Shown piece after piece: positions 15,653-16,994 of a DNA stretch of 16,994 nucleotides. The DNA is from Campylobacterota bacterium (GTDB taxonomy: Bacteria; Campylobacterota; Campylobacteria; Campylobacterales; Sulfurovaceae): contig JAYEOM010000045.1 in assembly GCA_034722955.1 (NCBI GenBank), forward strand, positions 1 to 16,994, given 5' to 3'. Positions within the stretch are counted from its first letter, which is position 1; the number at the start of each line of letters is the position of its first letter. The position numbers were made by a program, and so were the translations under genes. The notes below the pieces were generated by a model. That model was not told where the DNA came from and searched no databases. It saw nothing but the letters and a program-made list of their open reading frames with translations.

Positions 15653-16976
15653 CTAAAACCTCCCAATACCCATCTTTTCTACCACCGATTCGTTTAATCT
15701 TATTCTCTTTTTTTAGTTTTGAAATATGCTCATTAATAGTATCTCTTCCTATGTTTAACTCTTGCGAAATTATAGAGATAGTAACTTTGGAGTCTTGCTC
15801 CATAAGAGTTAGTATATTTTCTCGTGTACTCTTTTGTGGGGTCTTTTGTGGGGTCTTTTGTGGGGTCTTTTGTGGGGTCTTATTAAAGGTAACTTGTACC
15901 GATGCAAAAGTATATCTGTACTCAGGTTCAGGTAAATTCATTTTAAGACAATCGTCTACCATATTGTTAGTACCTTTACCCCAGCTCTCTACAAATCCTG
16001 CTTTATAAAACATATTTGCGATAATAGGATTAAATGGTTTAGAGATATGGTTTTCTTTAAATTTTTCTATAGGTACTTCTGTTGATAAAGTAGCTCCATT
16101 AGAAAAAACTATTTTCTCTTCATAGACTCTTATCTGTAGTACTGTTGTATCAGTATAATCTCTATGTATCAAAGCATTTATCACTGCTTCTCTTACAGCT
16201 TCATAAGGGTATTCTAAGGTCTCTATTCTTTGCAAACCTTCATAGGAGATATAGCTATGCAGATATTTTGTTCTGAGTATCTCTATAATTTTTTCTAACT
16301 GCTCAAAAAGATTTCCCTCTACTATATCACTTGTCAAAAGTTCGCTGTCACTTAAAAACTTACCTATCTTAGAGTGTGATTGTATAAAATACTTTTGTGG
16401 ATTTTTAGCAAAAAGAAGAACGGCTGCTCTTTTTAAAAATATACCATCATATAAGTTTAATCTCTCTAGTAGTGTTTTTAAATCTTTCTCTTGTTCGATG
16501 AAAGGTGCTCTATCTCTAGTCCACATTTTAAATTTTTCTATCGTCTCTAGGTTTATATCATCTAGTGCAAAATTTTCAACAACTACATCATCCCAAGTTT
16601 TACCATACTTTTTTAGTAAAAAATTTGTTAAGTTACTTCCATTTAGTTCTATCGTATTGCTTCCACTTCTTTTATAAAATTTGCCATTAAACGAAACAGG
16701 GGCATAGGTTTTTTCTATCACTATTTTAATAATATCTTTACCATCTATTTTTCGAGTCGATATATCAACCAATAGTCCCAATCTATTATTTATTTTGTTT
16801 GGTAAAACTTCTAAAAGAGATTCTATATTATTTACCCCAACCAACTCTTTATTGTCACAAACACCAACATAGAATTCTCCACCATCTGTATTGGCTAAAG
16901 CACAAATGGTTTTTAAATACTCATCTTTCCATATTTGTTTAAACTCTACGGTTTGTGATTCTATAAGTTTAATCAT
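15645..16976 (-). CDS. Schlafen/AlbA_2 + HATPase_c_4 ('RecG C-terminal') + winged-HTH protein; start re-called at ATG 16976
   Basis: N-terminal ESQTVEFK, ICALANTDGG, YVGVCD, YKRSGS. Central YPYEAVREAVINALIHRDY, NPIIANMF, ESWGKG. C-terminal HTH ending RIGGRKDGYW. AAGGT SD before 16976. Confidence 0.85.
   Translation of the reverse strand: MIKLIESQTVEFKQIWKDEYLKTICALANTDGGEFYVGVCDNKELVGVNNIESLLEVLPNKINNRLGLLVDISTRKIDGKDIIKIVIEKTYAPVSFNGKFYKRSGSNTIELNGSNLTNFLLKKYGKTWDDVVVENFALDDINLETIEKFKMWTRDRAPFIEQEKDLKTLLERLNLYDGIFLKRAAVLLFAKNPQKYFIQSHSKIGKFLSDSELLTSDIVEGNLFEQLEKIIEILRTKYLHSYISYEGLQRIETLEYPYEAVREAVINALIHRDYTDTTVLQIRVYEEKIVFSNGATLSTEVPIEKFKENHISKPFNPIIANMFYKAGFVESWGKGTNNMVDDCLKMNLPEPEYRYTFASVQVTFNKTPQKTPQKTPQKTPQKSTRENILTLMEQDSKVTISIISQELNIGRDTINEHISKLKKENKIKRIGGRKDGYWEVLDD
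15831..15881. repeat. 12-bp in-frame tandem repeat (CTTTTGTGGGGT x4 plus 3 nt) encoding (TPQK)4
   Basis: Four perfect units at 15831, 15843, 15855 and 15867, then CTT. Confidence 0.97.
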
Positions 16977-16994
16977 AAAAAACACCTTGTTTTA

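Larger units (their letters stand above)
11143..16994 (-). other. AT-rich surface polysaccharide (LPS/capsule) biosynthesis and modification locus, continuing past the right edge
   Basis: Clear GC drop (14281-14340 has 12/60 G+C versus 33/60 at 4321-4380). Overlapping co-oriented GT, deacetylase, GNAT-like and methyltransferase-like genes. Confidence 0.8.

Noticed and set aside
15831..15881. CRISPR-like array
   Set aside because: Contiguous 12-bp units with no spacers, inside a CDS; no cas genes in the window.
548..16008. Numerous short antisense or alternate-frame ORFs (e.g. 3833-4216, 8545-8916, 7966-8235, 15751-16008)
   Set aside because: They lie over well-supported genes and show no motifs; the FCGV repeat in 15751-16008 is just the antisense of the TPQK repeat.
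15645..16976. RecG DNA helicase
   Set aside because: No Walker A, DExH or other SF2 helicase motifs; the label derives only from a domain name.

Overview
Bacterial chromosomal window. Gene order and protein style suggest Campylobacterota, possibly Sulfurovum-like (inference only). It has three parts. (1) 1-333 is apparently non-coding, lies just past the 3' end of a minus-strand tRNA-Ser(GGA) (334-421), and carries short phased direct repeats resembling the edge of an integrated element. (2) About 511-11056 is a moderate-GC core region. A tightly coupled minus-strand run (purT, D-2-hydroxyacid dehydrogenase, frdA/sdhA-like, frdB/sdhB-like, modA, TOBE protein, modB, modC) lies downstream of rpsU, and a divergent plus-strand run holds nnr, purN and thiG. 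(3) About 11069-16976 is the AT-rich tail of a minus-strand surface-polysaccharide locus: a Schlafen/AlbA_2-HATPase_c_4-HTH protein with a 12-bp in-frame tandem repeat, two polysaccharide-deacetylase-like proteins, a GNAT-like protein, a methyltransferase-like protein and a GT4 glycosyltransferase. Most notable: the FrdAB-like pair has no local membrane anchor, no covalent-FAD His and a 4-Cys third Fe-S motif, and it is coupled to molybdate uptake genes. Also notable are the Schlafen-domain gene inside the glycan locus, a perfect 27-bp palindrome over the nnr promoter, a structured rpsU leader with a very long SD, and a U1:A72 tRNA-Ser. No database searches were run; all calls rest on motif recognition.
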